Assembly (NCBI GenBank): GCA_046543235.1
Contig: JBKGZT010000001.1
Span: 1-57,662 of the forward strand
Source of the DNA: Candidatus Acetothermia bacterium
GTDB taxonomy: Bacteria > Bipolaricaulota > Bipolaricaulia > M55B111
Direction of reading: 5' to 3'
Length of the DNA: 57,662 bases
Made by a program: the position numbers and the translations under genes. Numbering within the stretch: position 1 is the first letter of the stretch; every line of letters starts with the position of its first letter. Of the stretch, positions 39,715-48,358 are shown piece by piece. The notes under the pieces were generated by a model. It made no database searches and was not told where the DNA came from. It saw only the letters and a list, made by a program, of their open reading frames with translations.

Positions 39715-40077
39715 GTGCCAAAAGTCGATAGAGAAAGCAGGAGAAAGATAAGGCATGATAGGATCAGGAGGGAGGTCCGTGGTACTCCCAGGAAGCCCCG
39801 GGTATACGTGAAGAAATCAAATCGACACGTTTACGCCCAAGCGGTGGACGACATGAATTCTGAAACCCTGGCGGCTGCTTCCAGCTTGAGCCCGGAACTT
39901 GAGGAAGAGGTAGAAAACGCCACGGTTGAGACTGCAAAAGAAGTAGGGGCCCTGCTGGCTTCCAAATTACAGGAAAAGGGCTACGAGTACATCGTATTCG
40001 ACAGAGGCGGTTACCCGTATCACGGGCAGGTAAAGGCACTGGCTGACCAGATGAGAGAGGAGGGACTAGACTTTTAG
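39715..40077 (+). CDS. rplR: 50S ribosomal protein L18
   Basis: RHDRIRREVRGT, NRHVYAQAVDD, FDRGGYPYHGQVKALAD. GTG start with a GGAGGA SD. Confidence 0.93.
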   Translation: MPKVDRESRRKIRHDRIRREVRGTPRKPRVYVKKSNRHVYAQAVDDMNSETLAAASSLSPELEEEVENATVETAKEVGALLASKLQEKGYEYIVFDRGGYPYHGQVKALADQMREEGLDF

Positions 40078-40079
40078 CC

Positions 40080-40592
40080 ATGGCTAGGAACAACAGAAGG
40101 GAAGACGAATATGACGATAACGTCATCGATATCAGTCGTGTTAGCAAGGTAACGAAAGGTGGAAGGAATTTACGTTTTCGAGTTCTAGTGGCGGCCGGGA
40201 ACTACGAGGGCAAGATAGGGGTCGGTTCGGGTAATACCGGCGAGATTCCTCAAGCAATCGGACAAGCAGTAAGGGACGCGAAGAAGCACCTGATCGAAGT
40301 CCCAATAGTGAACGGAACGATTCCGCACGAGGTGACCGGGAAGTTCAAGGCGGGGAAAGTGATATTGAAGCCCGCCTATCGGGGGACGGGGATAATAGCC
40401 GGCGACGTAGTCGGAACGATTAGCCGTCTTGCCGGTCTCGACAACATCCTGACGAAATCGATTGGAACGAACAACCCGATTACCCTGGCAAAGGCAGTGA
40501 TCGAGGGTTTTAGCAGGCTTAAGACGCCAGAAGAGGTTGCCGAAAGGCGGGATATGGATGTCGAAGAACTCGAGGAGGCTTTCCAGAAATGA
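40080..40592 (+). CDS. rpsE: 30S ribosomal protein S5
   Basis: ISRVSKVTKGGRNLRFRVLVAAGN. Confidence 0.95.
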   Translation: MARNNRREDEYDDNVIDISRVSKVTKGGRNLRFRVLVAAGNYEGKIGVGSGNTGEIPQAIGQAVRDAKKHLIEVPIVNGTIPHEVTGKFKAGKVILKPAYRGTGIIAGDVVGTISRLAGLDNILTKSIGTNNPITLAKAVIEGFSRLKTPEEVAERRDMDVEELEEAFQK

Positions 40593-41047
40593 AGAAACTG
40601 GAGGATTTAGAAACCCCTGAGGGTAGTACCCGGAAGAAAACGAGACGCGGCAGGGGCTACGGCTCCGGCAAAGGTGGACACGAAGTCGGTAGAGGGACCA
40701 AGGGACAGAACGCCAGGAGCGGTGGGAAGCCGAAGGTCGGTTTTGAAGGGGGGCAGACGCCGATCTGGCGTCGGTTTCCGAAAGTAGGTTTTTCCAATCC
40801 CAATAAGCGCCACCCTGAATGGATAAACGTCCACCAGCTTAACAGGTACGATGATGGTGATTCGGTCGACCCGGAACGTTTTATAAGCGACGGCCTCGTC
40901 GATAGGTCCCGGGACGGAATTAAGGTCCTTGGAGACGGAGAGCTAAAAAGGGAGTTAAAGGTTAAGGCACATGATTTCAGCTCCGGTGCCAAGGAAAAGA
41001 TAGAGGCAGCGGGCGGTGAATGGGAACTGGTTGGTGAAGAAGAGTGA
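40589..41047 (+). CDS. rplO: 50S ribosomal protein L15
   Basis: GRGYGSGKGGHEVGRGTKGQNARSG. ATGA overlap with rpsE, so no rpmD lies between them. Confidence 0.95.
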   Translation: MKKLEDLETPEGSTRKKTRRGRGYGSGKGGHEVGRGTKGQNARSGGKPKVGFEGGQTPIWRRFPKVGFSNPNKRHPEWINVHQLNRYDDGDSVDPERFISDGLVDRSRDGIKVLGDGELKRELKVKAHDFSSGAKEKIEAAGGEWELVGEEE

Positions 41048-41053
41048 TACGCC

Positions 41054-42349
41054 GTGTTTGATCAACTTACGAGCATATTAAAGATACCTGAACTCAGGAA
41101 GAGGATACTCTTTACCCTGGGAGCCATTGCCATTTTTCGAGCCGGTACCCATATTCCGATTCCTGGAATTTCCACCCAAGCCCTGGAAAGCCTTTTCGAA
41201 GGAGGCGGGGGCAATATCCTTCAGTACTTGAACATGTTTACAGGTGGAGCCCTCGGCCGGGGTACTCTTTTTGGGTTGGGGATCACGCCTTACATTAATG
41301 CTTCGATTATCATGAGCTTGCTTACCGCAGTGGTACCCAAGCTGAAGGAACTCCAGCAACAGGGCCGCGAGGGGAAAAAGGTAATAACGAAATATACAAG
41401 ATACGGTACGCTGGCCATTGCCTTTATCCAATCCTACGGCTGGAGCTTCTTTCTGGTCCGCCAGGGTATGGTGGAAGGCTCGATAGCCCTGTTTTTCGTA
41501 ACTTCCGTGCTTTCCATGACTACCGGAACTGTATTTTTGATGTGGCTCGGGGAAAGGATAACGGAGAACGGCATCGGCAACGGAATATCCGTTCTGATAA
41601 TGGCCGGGATAATGGCCAGGTTCCCCAGCCAGCTATACAGTACATGGGTTGAGGTCAATTACGGGAACGTAAGCCCGCTCTGGGGTTTGATTCTGGTTGC
41701 AGTTTTCATAGTGGTAATTGCCGGGGTCGTGATCGTTCAGCAGGGTCGAAGGAAGATAAGGATCCAGTATGCAAAACGGACTGCAGGTCGTAAGGTATAC
41801 GGAGGACATACGAGCCACCTCCCGATAAAGGTAAACCAAGGCGGAGTTATTCCTATAATATTTGCCTCCGTACTCCTGTCTCTGCCCATGACGCTCGCAC
41901 AGTGGGCCCCGGGATTATCATGGATGACGAGCTGGGTTCAGAGGGGTAGTATACCGTACCTCATTACGTACGTCCTTTTGATCGTCTTCTTCACCTACTT
42001 CTATAGCTCGATAATATTCGATCCAAACGACGTGGCGAAGAACCTGAAGGAGTCCGGCGGGTTTATCCCCGGTGTCCGACCGGGCGAATCGACGGTTGAC
42101 TATATAAGTTCTATACTAAATCGGTTGCTGCTGGTTGGTGCGCTCTTCCTCGGCGCGATAGCAGTTTTGCCTTACGTTTTTACAGCTATAAGCGGACTTT
42201 CCTCCTTCTGGTTGGGTGGAACTTCCGTGCTGATAGTGGTTGGTGTCGGTCTGGACGTGTTGATGCAGATAGAGTCCCACATGGTTATGAGGCATTATGA
42301 TAGTCTGACTGAAGCCGGCGGTTCCGCACTACTAGGGAGGAGGAGTTAA
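41054..42349 (+). CDS. secY: Preprotein translocase subunit SecY
   Basis: 431-aa, 10-TM protein. IPELRKRILFTLGAIAIFRAGTHIPIPGI N-terminus. Confidence 0.95.
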   Translation: MFDQLTSILKIPELRKRILFTLGAIAIFRAGTHIPIPGISTQALESLFEGGGGNILQYLNMFTGGALGRGTLFGLGITPYINASIIMSLLTAVVPKLKELQQQGREGKKVITKYTRYGTLAIAFIQSYGWSFFLVRQGMVEGSIALFFVTSVLSMTTGTVFLMWLGERITENGIGNGISVLIMAGIMARFPSQLYSTWVEVNYGNVSPLWGLILVAVFIVVIAGVVIVQQGRRKIRIQYAKRTAGRKVYGGHTSHLPIKVNQGGVIPIIFASVLLSLPMTLAQWAPGLSWMTSWVQRGSIPYLITYVLLIVFFTYFYSSIIFDPNDVAKNLKESGGFIPGVRPGESTVDYISSILNRLLLVGALFLGAIAVLPYVFTAISGLSSFWLGGTSVLIVVGVGLDVLMQIESHMVMRHYDSLTEAGGSALLGRRS

Positions 42350-42350
42350 G

Positions 42351-43004
42351 ATGAGTGACGGAGAAAGTGACCTGAACCTGGTTTTGCTTGGAGGGCCCGG
42401 TGCAGGTAAAGGAACCCAGGCCGAAAAGCTTGTGGGAAGCAGGGGACTGAATCACCTAGCTACAGGAGATATACTGAGGGAAGAGGTCCGAAGGGAGACG
42501 GAGCTCGGTAGGCAGGCCAAGGAGTACATGGATCGGGGAGACCTCGTTCCTGACGAACTGGTCGTGGATATGGTAGAGAAAAAACTGGACAAGGAAAAAG
42601 GTTACCTGTTCGATGGTTTTCCCCGGACGGTCGATCAGGCCGAAGCCCTTGAAGGGGTTCTTGAGCTCGATTTAGTCCTTTACATCAGGATAGATCGGGA
42701 AGAGGCAGTTAGGAGGCTTTCCGCCCGCCGGGTTTGTTCCGATTGCGGAAAGATATATAACAAGAATTTCAAGCAGCCGGAAAAAGAGGGTATCTGTGAC
42801 GAGTGCGGGGGCGAGCTCTACCAGAGGGACGACGACAAGCCCGAGGTGATCCGGGACAGATTTGAGACCTTTCTGGATGAGACCTCTCCTTTAATCGATT
42901 ACTACGACGAGAGGAAATTACTTGCGGAGATTGACGGGGAACAGAACCCCGACGAGGTCTACGCTGAAATCGAGGAGTCACTCGCCCGGATCGACAGTCA
43001 ATGA
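42351..43004 (+). CDS. adk: Adenylate kinase (zinc-lid type)
   Basis: LGGPGAGKGTQAEKL P-loop. Lid CSDCG...CDECGG. Confidence 0.95.
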   Translation: MSDGESDLNLVLLGGPGAGKGTQAEKLVGSRGLNHLATGDILREEVRRETELGRQAKEYMDRGDLVPDELVVDMVEKKLDKEKGYLFDGFPRTVDQAEALEGVLELDLVLYIRIDREEAVRRLSARRVCSDCGKIYNKNFKQPEKEGICDECGGELYQRDDDKPEVIRDRFETFLDETSPLIDYYDERKLLAEIDGEQNPDEVYAEIEESLARIDSQ

Positions 43005-43753
43005 TCAAGATAAAATCCGGTTCGGAACTTGAAATCATGAAAGAAAACGCTAGTATATTACGGGAAGTAATGGACGAAGTCCTGTCCAGGGTGGAGCCCG
43101 GGGTCCGGACCGAGTCCCTCGACAAGTACGCAGAAGAACTCATTCTAGAAGCCGAAGGAACCCCTGCTTTTAAGAATTATCGTGGCTTTCCCAGCTCCCT
43201 CTGTACGTCGATCAACGAGGAAATAGTTCATGGTATACCGAGTGAGAGGGAAGTTAACCGCGGTGATATCCTCTCGATAGATGTCGGTATTGAAAGGAAC
43301 GGCCTTTTTGCCGACTTTGCCACTACCGTGCCTGTAGGTGAGGTTTCCGGCGAAGCTATGGACCTTATGGAAGTTACAGACGAGGCTTTGACTAAGGGGA
43401 TGAATCAGGTGCGGCCCGGAAACAGGATTGGAGATATATCCCATGCCATAGGTTCTTACGTAGAGTCCAGCGGTTATTCGGTGGTTAAGGAGTTCGTCGG
43501 GCACGGGATTGGAAGAGACATGCACGAGGATCCTCAGATCCCGAATTACGGCGAACCTGACACGGGAAAGAGGATTCAAGACGGAATGGTGTTCTGCATC
43601 GAACCGATGGTCAAGTTCGACGATGAAAAGGTAGAAGTTCTCGAGGATGGCTGGACGACAGTTACGGCTGACCGCCGTATCTCCGCACACTTCGAGGGGA
43701 TGGTTGCTGCCACCGAGAACGGACCGGACGTTTACGTAAGAGGTGGTTTATAA
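43001..43753 (+). CDS. map: Type I methionine aminopeptidase
   Basis: VHGIPS, DVGIE, FVGHGIG and CIEPM metal-ligand contexts. Confidence 0.93.
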   Translation: MIKIKSGSELEIMKENASILREVMDEVLSRVEPGVRTESLDKYAEELILEAEGTPAFKNYRGFPSSLCTSINEEIVHGIPSEREVNRGDILSIDVGIERNGLFADFATTVPVGEVSGEAMDLMEVTDEALTKGMNQVRPGNRIGDISHAIGSYVESSGYSVVKEFVGHGIGRDMHEDPQIPNYGEPDTGKRIQDGMVFCIEPMVKFDDEKVEVLEDGWTTVTADRRISAHFEGMVAATENGPDVYVRGGL

Positions 43754-43759
43754 ATAACC

Positions 43760-43987
43760 ATGGCTGAAGAAGAAGACGACGATATAATTAGAAAGAGGGG
43801 CGAGATCGTTGAGGCTTTGCCGGATTCGATGTTTAAGGTAGAGCTGGATAACGGGCACGAGGCGATTTGTCATATATCCGGTAAGATCCGAAAGCACTTT
43901 ATCAGGATAGTACCCGGAGATAGGGTTCTGGTAGAGTTCTCCCCCCACGATCTAAGCAAAGGTAGAATCGTCTATCGTGAATCCTGA
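43760..43987 (+). CDS. infA: Translation initiation factor IF-1
   Basis: [33 protein letters not shown]1-like fold, 75 aa. Confidence 0.93.
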   Translation: MAEEEDDDIIRKRGEIVEALPDSMFKVELDNGHEAICHISGKIRKHFIRIVPGDRVLVEFSPHDLSKGRIVYRES

Positions 43988-44002
43988 TAGAGGAGGGGTA
44001 AG

Positions 44003-44116
44003 ATGAAAGTGAGGAGTTCCGTCAAGAAGATCTGTGACGACTGTAAAATTATCAGGCGCAATGGTCGGGTTGAAGTCGACTGTAAAAACCCGAAACATAG
44101 ACAGCGCCAGGGTTAA
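44003..44116 (+). CDS. rpmJ: 50S ribosomal protein L36 (zinc form)
   Basis: Absent from the ORF track because it is too short. ATG 44003 encodes [37 protein letters not shown] (37 aa). GAGGAGGGG SD upstream. Canonical position between infA and rpsM. Confidence 0.92.
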   Translation: MKVRSSVKKICDDCKIIRRNGRVEVDCKNPKHRQRQG

Positions 44117-44138
44117 CTCATATAAAAGGTGATCAAGG

Positions 44139-44498
44139 ATGCCAAGGTTAGCAGGTGTGGATATACCGGAGGACAAGAAGGTCAAAATATCGCTTACTTA
44201 CATCAAGGGAATAGGTGGCCACAGGGCAAAAAAAGTTGCCGAGGCCTCGGGCGTGGATCCAGACGAGTACGTCTATGATCTGACCGAAGCGGATGTAGCC
44301 AAGTTGCGAAACGAAATAGACGAATACCGCGTCGAGGGTGATCTCGAAAGAAAGGTCGAGGCCGATATTCAGCGGTTAAAAGACATAGGTTGTTATCGTG
44401 GAGAAAGGCACGAGGTAGGCTTGCCCGTTCGCGGCCAGAAGACCCAGTCCAACGCGAGAACTTGGAAAGGTCCGAGGGAAGCGAAGGCAGGCAAGTAA
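44139..44498 (+). CDS. rpsM: 30S ribosomal protein S13
   Basis: MPRLAGVDIPEDKKV and GCYRGERH. Confidence 0.95.
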   Translation: MPRLAGVDIPEDKKVKISLTYIKGIGGHRAKKVAEASGVDPDEYVYDLTEADVAKLRNEIDEYRVEGDLERKVEADIQRLKDIGCYRGERHEVGLPVRGQKTQSNARTWKGPREAKAGK

Positions 44499-44528
44499 CG
44501 AGAGGATTTGAAATAGGGAGAGATTTAA

Positions 44529-44864
44529 TTGGCACGAAAACAAGTTAAGCTAAACAAGGCAAGAGTACATGTAAATGCTTCTTTCAACAACACGATACTT
44601 ACTCTGACGGATACCGATGGAGACGTAATATCCTGGGTTACCCCCGGTGCTGTGGGGTTTAAGGGATCAAGAAAGGGTACCCCTTACGCCGCCCAGGTTG
44701 CGGCTGAAAACCTCGTTGAGGAATTGAGGGATTACGGGGTAAATTCGGTCATTGTTACCGTGAAAGGAACGGGTTCCGGACGAAATTCCGTCATTCAGAC
44801 TATAGAAGGGGCCGGGATAGAGGTAACAAATGTAACCAACATTACCCCCCGGGCACATAGTTAA
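44529..44864 (+). CDS. rpsK: 30S ribosomal protein S11 (short form lacking the conserved C-terminal tail)
   Basis: HVNASFNNTILTLTD and GFKGSRKGTPYAAQVAAE. Ends ...NITPRAHS-stop where S11 normally continues with a PHNGCRPPKRRRV-type tail. TTG start. Confidence 0.88.
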   Translation: MARKQVKLNKARVHVNASFNNTILTLTDTDGDVISWVTPGAVGFKGSRKGTPYAAQVAAENLVEELRDYGVNSVIVTVKGTGSGRNSVIQTIEGAGIEVTNVTNITPRAHS

Positions 44865-44882
44865 GAGGAGGATACTGATAAA

Positions 44883-45506
44883 ATGGGACGAGATACGGAA
44901 GCAAAGTGTAAGAAATGTCGTCGAGAAGGAACGAAGCTTTTTCTCAAAGGGGAAAAGTGTTACTCGGATAAATGTCCGTTGACTCGAAAGTCTTATCCCC
45001 CTGGAGAGGCCGGAGAAAGCAGGTCGCGCTGGTCCCAATACAGGATACGCTTGAGAGAAAAACAGAAGGCCCGCCGTATTTACGGTCTTAGGGAGGAACA
45101 GTTCCGGAAGTACTTCGAAGAATCACAGTCTAGCAAGGAAGTTACCGGTCAGGCTCTACTAAAGAAACTGGAAAGAAGGCTGGACAACGTACTGTACAGG
45201 AGTGGATTGGCACAATCCCGCGACCAGGCGAGACAGCTGATCAACCATGGCCATATCGAGGTAAACGGTCGTTCCATCGATGTTCCCTCTTATTTGACTG
45301 AAGAGGGCGACGTGGTTGCCTTTAAGAAGAACTCGAGGGAGAAAGAGGGGTTGCGCAGTCTGGTAAAAGAGGATAGCCCCCGTGTGCCTGCCTGGGTCGA
45401 CGTAGAACCCGATAACATGAGAGCTTCTGTTTTAACCGAGCCCGCTATTGAGGACGTCGAGGAGACTCTTAAGGTCAACAGAATTGTCGAGTTCTACTCA
45501 AGATAG
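44883..45506 (+). CDS. rpsD: 30S ribosomal protein S4
   Basis: CKKCRREGTKLFLKGEKCYSDKC zinc-type N-terminus. S4 RNA-binding domain LDNVLYRSGLAQSRDQARQLINHGHIEVNG. Confidence 0.95.
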   Translation: MGRDTEAKCKKCRREGTKLFLKGEKCYSDKCPLTRKSYPPGEAGESRSRWSQYRIRLREKQKARRIYGLREEQFRKYFEESQSSKEVTGQALLKKLERRLDNVLYRSGLAQSRDQARQLINHGHIEVNGRSIDVPSYLTEEGDVVAFKKNSREKEGLRSLVKEDSPRVPAWVDVEPDNMRASVLTEPAIEDVEETLKVNRIVEFYSR

Positions 45507-45529
45507 AATTTATAAATAGCGGAGGGCTA

Positions 45530-46489
45530 ATGTTAGAATATATTGAACCGGAAGATGTCCATTTTGAGGAACTGGAAAGCGATAGCGGCCGGCTTGTAGT
45601 GGGGCCGCTGGAGCGAGGAATGGGGACGACGCTGGGGAATTCTCTAAGGCGAGTCCTGATGTCGATGGTCCCCGGAGCTGCCGTCACGCGTGTCAGGTTC
45701 GATGGTAAGTACCACGAATACGACACGATAGAGGGCGTCAGAGAAGACATCATAGAGATCCTTATGAATGTCAAAGAGCTATCTCTCCGTCTGAACGGAG
45801 CGGAAGAAAGGAAGATGTACCTGGAAGCGGATGAAGAAGGGGAAGTTACTGCTTCGGACCTTCAGTTTGAATCGGGAGTGGAAGTAATCAATTCCGATCA
45901 TACCCTGGCGCATTTGGCGGATGGTGGGGAGTTGAACATGGAAATGGACGTCGAAGCGGGAATGGGTTACAGGTCGGCTGATGAAAACAAGCTGGAGGAT
46001 TCTCCTTTATCGGTTATCCCGATAGATTCGGATTTTTCACCCGTCAAAAAGGTCGACTTCGACGTGGAAAAAGTTCGGGCGGGCGGAAAGGAGGACTGCG
46101 ATAGGCTGGAGCTGGATCTCGAGACGGACGGCGGGATAAGACCAGAAGAAGCCGTTGGCAGGGCCTCCCGGGTTCTTGCCAGGAGGTTTGAGCTCTTTTC
46201 CAACCTGCCGGAACATCCGTTTGGAGAACTGGGTACCTTGCAGGAAGTTGAAGAGGAAGTCCCGGAAGAATTCGAAGAAAGGCTTGAAGACCTCGGGTTT
46301 AACCAGCGTGCCTGTAACTTGTTGCAGGAAAAAGGTGTAGAGACCCTGGAAGACCTGCTTGATCAGACGTCCGACAAGCTTCTTGATATACACGGGTTCG
46401 GGAGCAAGACGCTACAGAAGGTCGAAGAAAAGCTGGACGAACTTGGTTACTCCCTGGCAGATAAGGAGGAAAGTAACGATGGATCATAA
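45530..46489 (+). CDS. rpoA: DNA-directed RNA polymerase subunit alpha
   Basis: GPLERGMGTTLGNSLRRVLMS N-terminal domain. C-terminal domain with LGFNQRACNLL and HGFGSKTLQKVEEKL helix-hairpin-helix. Confidence 0.95.
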   Translation: MLEYIEPEDVHFEELESDSGRLVVGPLERGMGTTLGNSLRRVLMSMVPGAAVTRVRFDGKYHEYDTIEGVREDIIEILMNVKELSLRLNGAEERKMYLEADEEGEVTASDLQFESGVEVINSDHTLAHLADGGELNMEMDVEAGMGYRSADENKLEDSPLSVIPIDSDFSPVKKVDFDVEKVRAGGKEDCDRLELDLETDGGIRPEEAVGRASRVLARRFELFSNLPEHPFGELGTLQEVEEEVPEEFEERLEDLGFNQRACNLLQEKGVETLEDLLDQTSDKLLDIHGFGSKTLQKVEEKLDELGYSLADKEESNDGS

Positions 46490-46829
46490 GACAAAAGGAT
46501 GGAATATCGCGGAATCTAGTCATCAGAAAAGCATACTATCCAACTTAGTAAAGGATTTAATCCTTCATGGTAAGGTGGATACGACGGTCGTGAAGGCGAA
46601 AGAGGCCAGCCGATTCGCGGACAGGATGGTAACGCTTGCGAAGGAAGGGGATGATCACGCGAGGAAGAGGGCCTTCAGTTTTCTCGAGGACAAGGAAGCG
46701 GTCTCGAGCCTTTTTGGAGAAATTGCCGACGATTACAGGGAAAGGGACGGAGGATATACTAGAGTTCTCCGCCTCCCGCCGAGAAAAGGAGATGGGGCTG
46801 AAATGGCCCGGTTGACCTTCGTGGATTAA
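46479..46829 (+). CDS. rplQ: 50S ribosomal protein L17
   Basis: SHQKSILSNLVKDLILHGKVDTTVVKAKE and GGYTRVLRLPPRKGDGAEMA. ATG 46479 has an AAGGAGGA SD; the tracked start 46359 lies inside rpoA. Confidence 0.92.
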   Translation: MDHKTKGWNIAESSHQKSILSNLVKDLILHGKVDTTVVKAKEASRFADRMVTLAKEGDDHARKRAFSFLEDKEAVSSLFGEIADDYRERDGGYTRVLRLPPRKGDGAEMARLTFVD

Positions 46830-46860
46830 CCGTCAGGTTCCGTTAATTAAAGTTGAAAAT

Positions 46861-46892
46861 TACAAACCCCGCTCTCGCGGCGGGGTTTGTAA
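46861..46892. terminator. Bidirectional intrinsic terminator between rplQ and the HD-domain gene
   Basis: 12-bp stem tacaaaccccgc / gcggggtttgta with a 7-nt loop. Flanked by an A-rich tract upstream and a T-rich tract downstream, between convergent genes. Confidence 0.7.
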
Positions 46893-46911
46893 TCTTTGTC
46901 TCGGGTCTTAG

Positions 46912-47454
46912 TTAGAGTCCCAGTTCGTCCTGGATTCCCTGCATACCTCGTAATACTACCTCGAAGAATTCCTCCAACTCGAAGCCGAGCTCTTCACAGC
47001 TACTTATGGCTTCCCTGTCGACCGACTTGGCGAAGCTGCTTTCCTCGTACCTGTTTTTTATGAATTGCGGATCCATCTCCCCCAGACCGTCCGGATGCAC
47101 GAGAGCTCCCGCGACGATCAATCCCGTCAACGGATCCGTGGCGTAAATTGCCTTCTCCATCTTCGTTTCAGGACTTTTCTGTCCGGCGTGAGCTTTTATA
47201 GCGTCTAGCTGTTCCTCGGAAAGGTCCTCTTCCTCCAGCATCTCGGCTGTGAGTAAACCGTGCTCCTCCGGCTCGTCTTCAGTTTCTTCGTAATCCAGAT
47301 CGTGCAGGAGGCCGGCAATGCCCCACTGGTCTTCGTCTTCGCCAAAATAGTTTGCCAGCTCCCTCATTCCTGCTTCAACTGCCTTCATGTGTTTTATCAG
47401 GTTATCCTGGGAAATCTCTTCCTTCACCAGCTGAAGAGCGTCTTCTCTATTCAA
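46912..47454 (-). CDS. HD-domain phosphohydrolase family protein
   Basis: 180 aa with H...HD metal motif (IKHMKAV...GLLHDLDYE). TTG start with a GGTGAT SD. Last gene of the prmC-ftsE-ftsX operon. Confidence 0.7.
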   Translation of the reverse strand: MNREDALQLVKEEISQDNLIKHMKAVEAGMRELANYFGEDEDQWGIAGLLHDLDYEETEDEPEEHGLLTAEMLEEEDLSEEQLDAIKAHAGQKSPETKMEKAIYATDPLTGLIVAGALVHPDGLGEMDPQFIKNRYEESSFAKSVDREAISSCEELGFELEEFFEVVLRGMQGIQDELGL

Positions 47455-47483
47455 TTTCCATCACCCATAGATTTAGACCTCCT

Positions 47484-48356
47484 TTATAACTCCGGCGTCC
47501 ATTTTTCGTCGACCAACCTTGTACTGGAAAGGGAAGCAAGGAATCCGAGAATTATACCCAGAAGCAACGACCAACCCGAAATTACGAGCAGAGGTGTGCC
47601 CTGAAGCGACCCTGCCAGGTAGCGGCTGAACGGAATTCCACTGCTCGACCAGAGGGATAGCAAAAGGAGCAGGGCAACGCTCAGTACGGAACCGAGGAAA
47701 CCGGTCAACGTACCGATTAGGACGAGCGGGGTTTTTACGGATATTCTCGAACCACCGGAGTACTTGATGATTTCCAGCTCTCCTAGCCAACCTTCCAGGA
47801 GGTCCCGTGTAAAGGAGCGAATCAGGTAAAAAGTCCCACCGGCCATGAGAAAAGCGAGGAGCAGGATAATTATTTTCATCCAGGTATTTAAAGGTCCGGA
47901 TTTACCCCCGCTGGCTCCTCCCGTAAGTACCGTGACCACGGGAATCTCGGGACGACTTTTTAGTTCCTCGCGGAGTTGCTCCCTGTCGGAGGTTTTGATC
48001 AGGAAGTAATTGGAATCTTCCGGCAGCTCCTCCGGAACGGTCAGGATTCCATTCTGAACCTCCTCCTGTAATACCAGGATAAGGTTGTCAACTGAATCGA
48101 GACGTCTTAGAGCGAGGTAGAGATCATCTATGGCGTTGGTGGAAAGCCCTTCCTCTACCTGGGCCAGCGTTTTGTGGTCTTCCGGGAAATACTCCAGTTC
48201 GGAAGTAGTTCGCAGGGGCTGGTCTTTCGGAAGCAACAACACGTAAAGCAGAACCAGGAACAGAAATACGGAAAGAAGGGCGCCGAAAGCCTTGGTGGTC
48301 TTTCTTCTATCCAGGGAACCCACTAGCTCTCCGGCAAAAAATAAAGTGTGTTTCAT
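47484..48356 (-). CDS. ftsX: Cell division permease-like protein FtsX
   Basis: N-terminal TM helix, extracytoplasmic domain and three C-terminal TM helices. ELEIIKYSGGSRISVKTPLVLIGTLTGFLG matches the FtsX EIEVM-LVGAT-FI-PF motif region. Sits directly downstream of the ftsE-like gene. Confidence 0.8.
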   Translation of the reverse strand: MKHTLFFAGELVGSLDRRKTTKAFGALLSVFLFLVLLYVLLLPKDQPLRTTSELEYFPEDHKTLAQVEEGLSTNAIDDLYLALRRLDSVDNLILVLQEEVQNGILTVPEELPEDSNYFLIKTSDREQLREELKSRPEIPVVTVLTGGASGGKSGPLNTWMKIIILLLAFLMAGGTFYLIRSFTRDLLEGWLGELEIIKYSGGSRISVKTPLVLIGTLTGFLGSVLSVALLLLLSLWSSSGIPFSRYLAGSLQGTPLLVISGWSLLLGIILGFLASLSSTRLVDEKWTPEL

Positions 48357-48358
48357 TA

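Noticed and set aside
38888-39721. 277-aa antisense ORF across rpsH/rplF. Similar long antisense ORFs occur at 25999-26832, 24673-25347, 56803-57465, 43145-43690, 12178-12699, 34285-34791 and 35464-35994.
   Set aside because: All lie opposite strongly supported conserved genes. Purine-rich GAR/AAR/AGG codon usage on the sense strand depletes stop codons on the antisense strand. The translations are low-complexity (Ser/Pro/Leu/Arg/Phe-rich) with no recognisable motifs or SD sequences. These are shadow ORFs.
44845-44864. Possible sequencing frameshift in the C6 run explaining the truncated S11.
   Set aside because: The frame implied by one fewer C gives ITPGHIVKRRILIKW... and the frame implied by one extra C hits a TAG within five codons. 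Neither resembles the conserved PHNGCRPPKRRRV tail. The as-read frame (TPRAHS) aligns best with TPIPHN and then stops. An indel is therefore not the simple explanation, though read-level checking is still advised.
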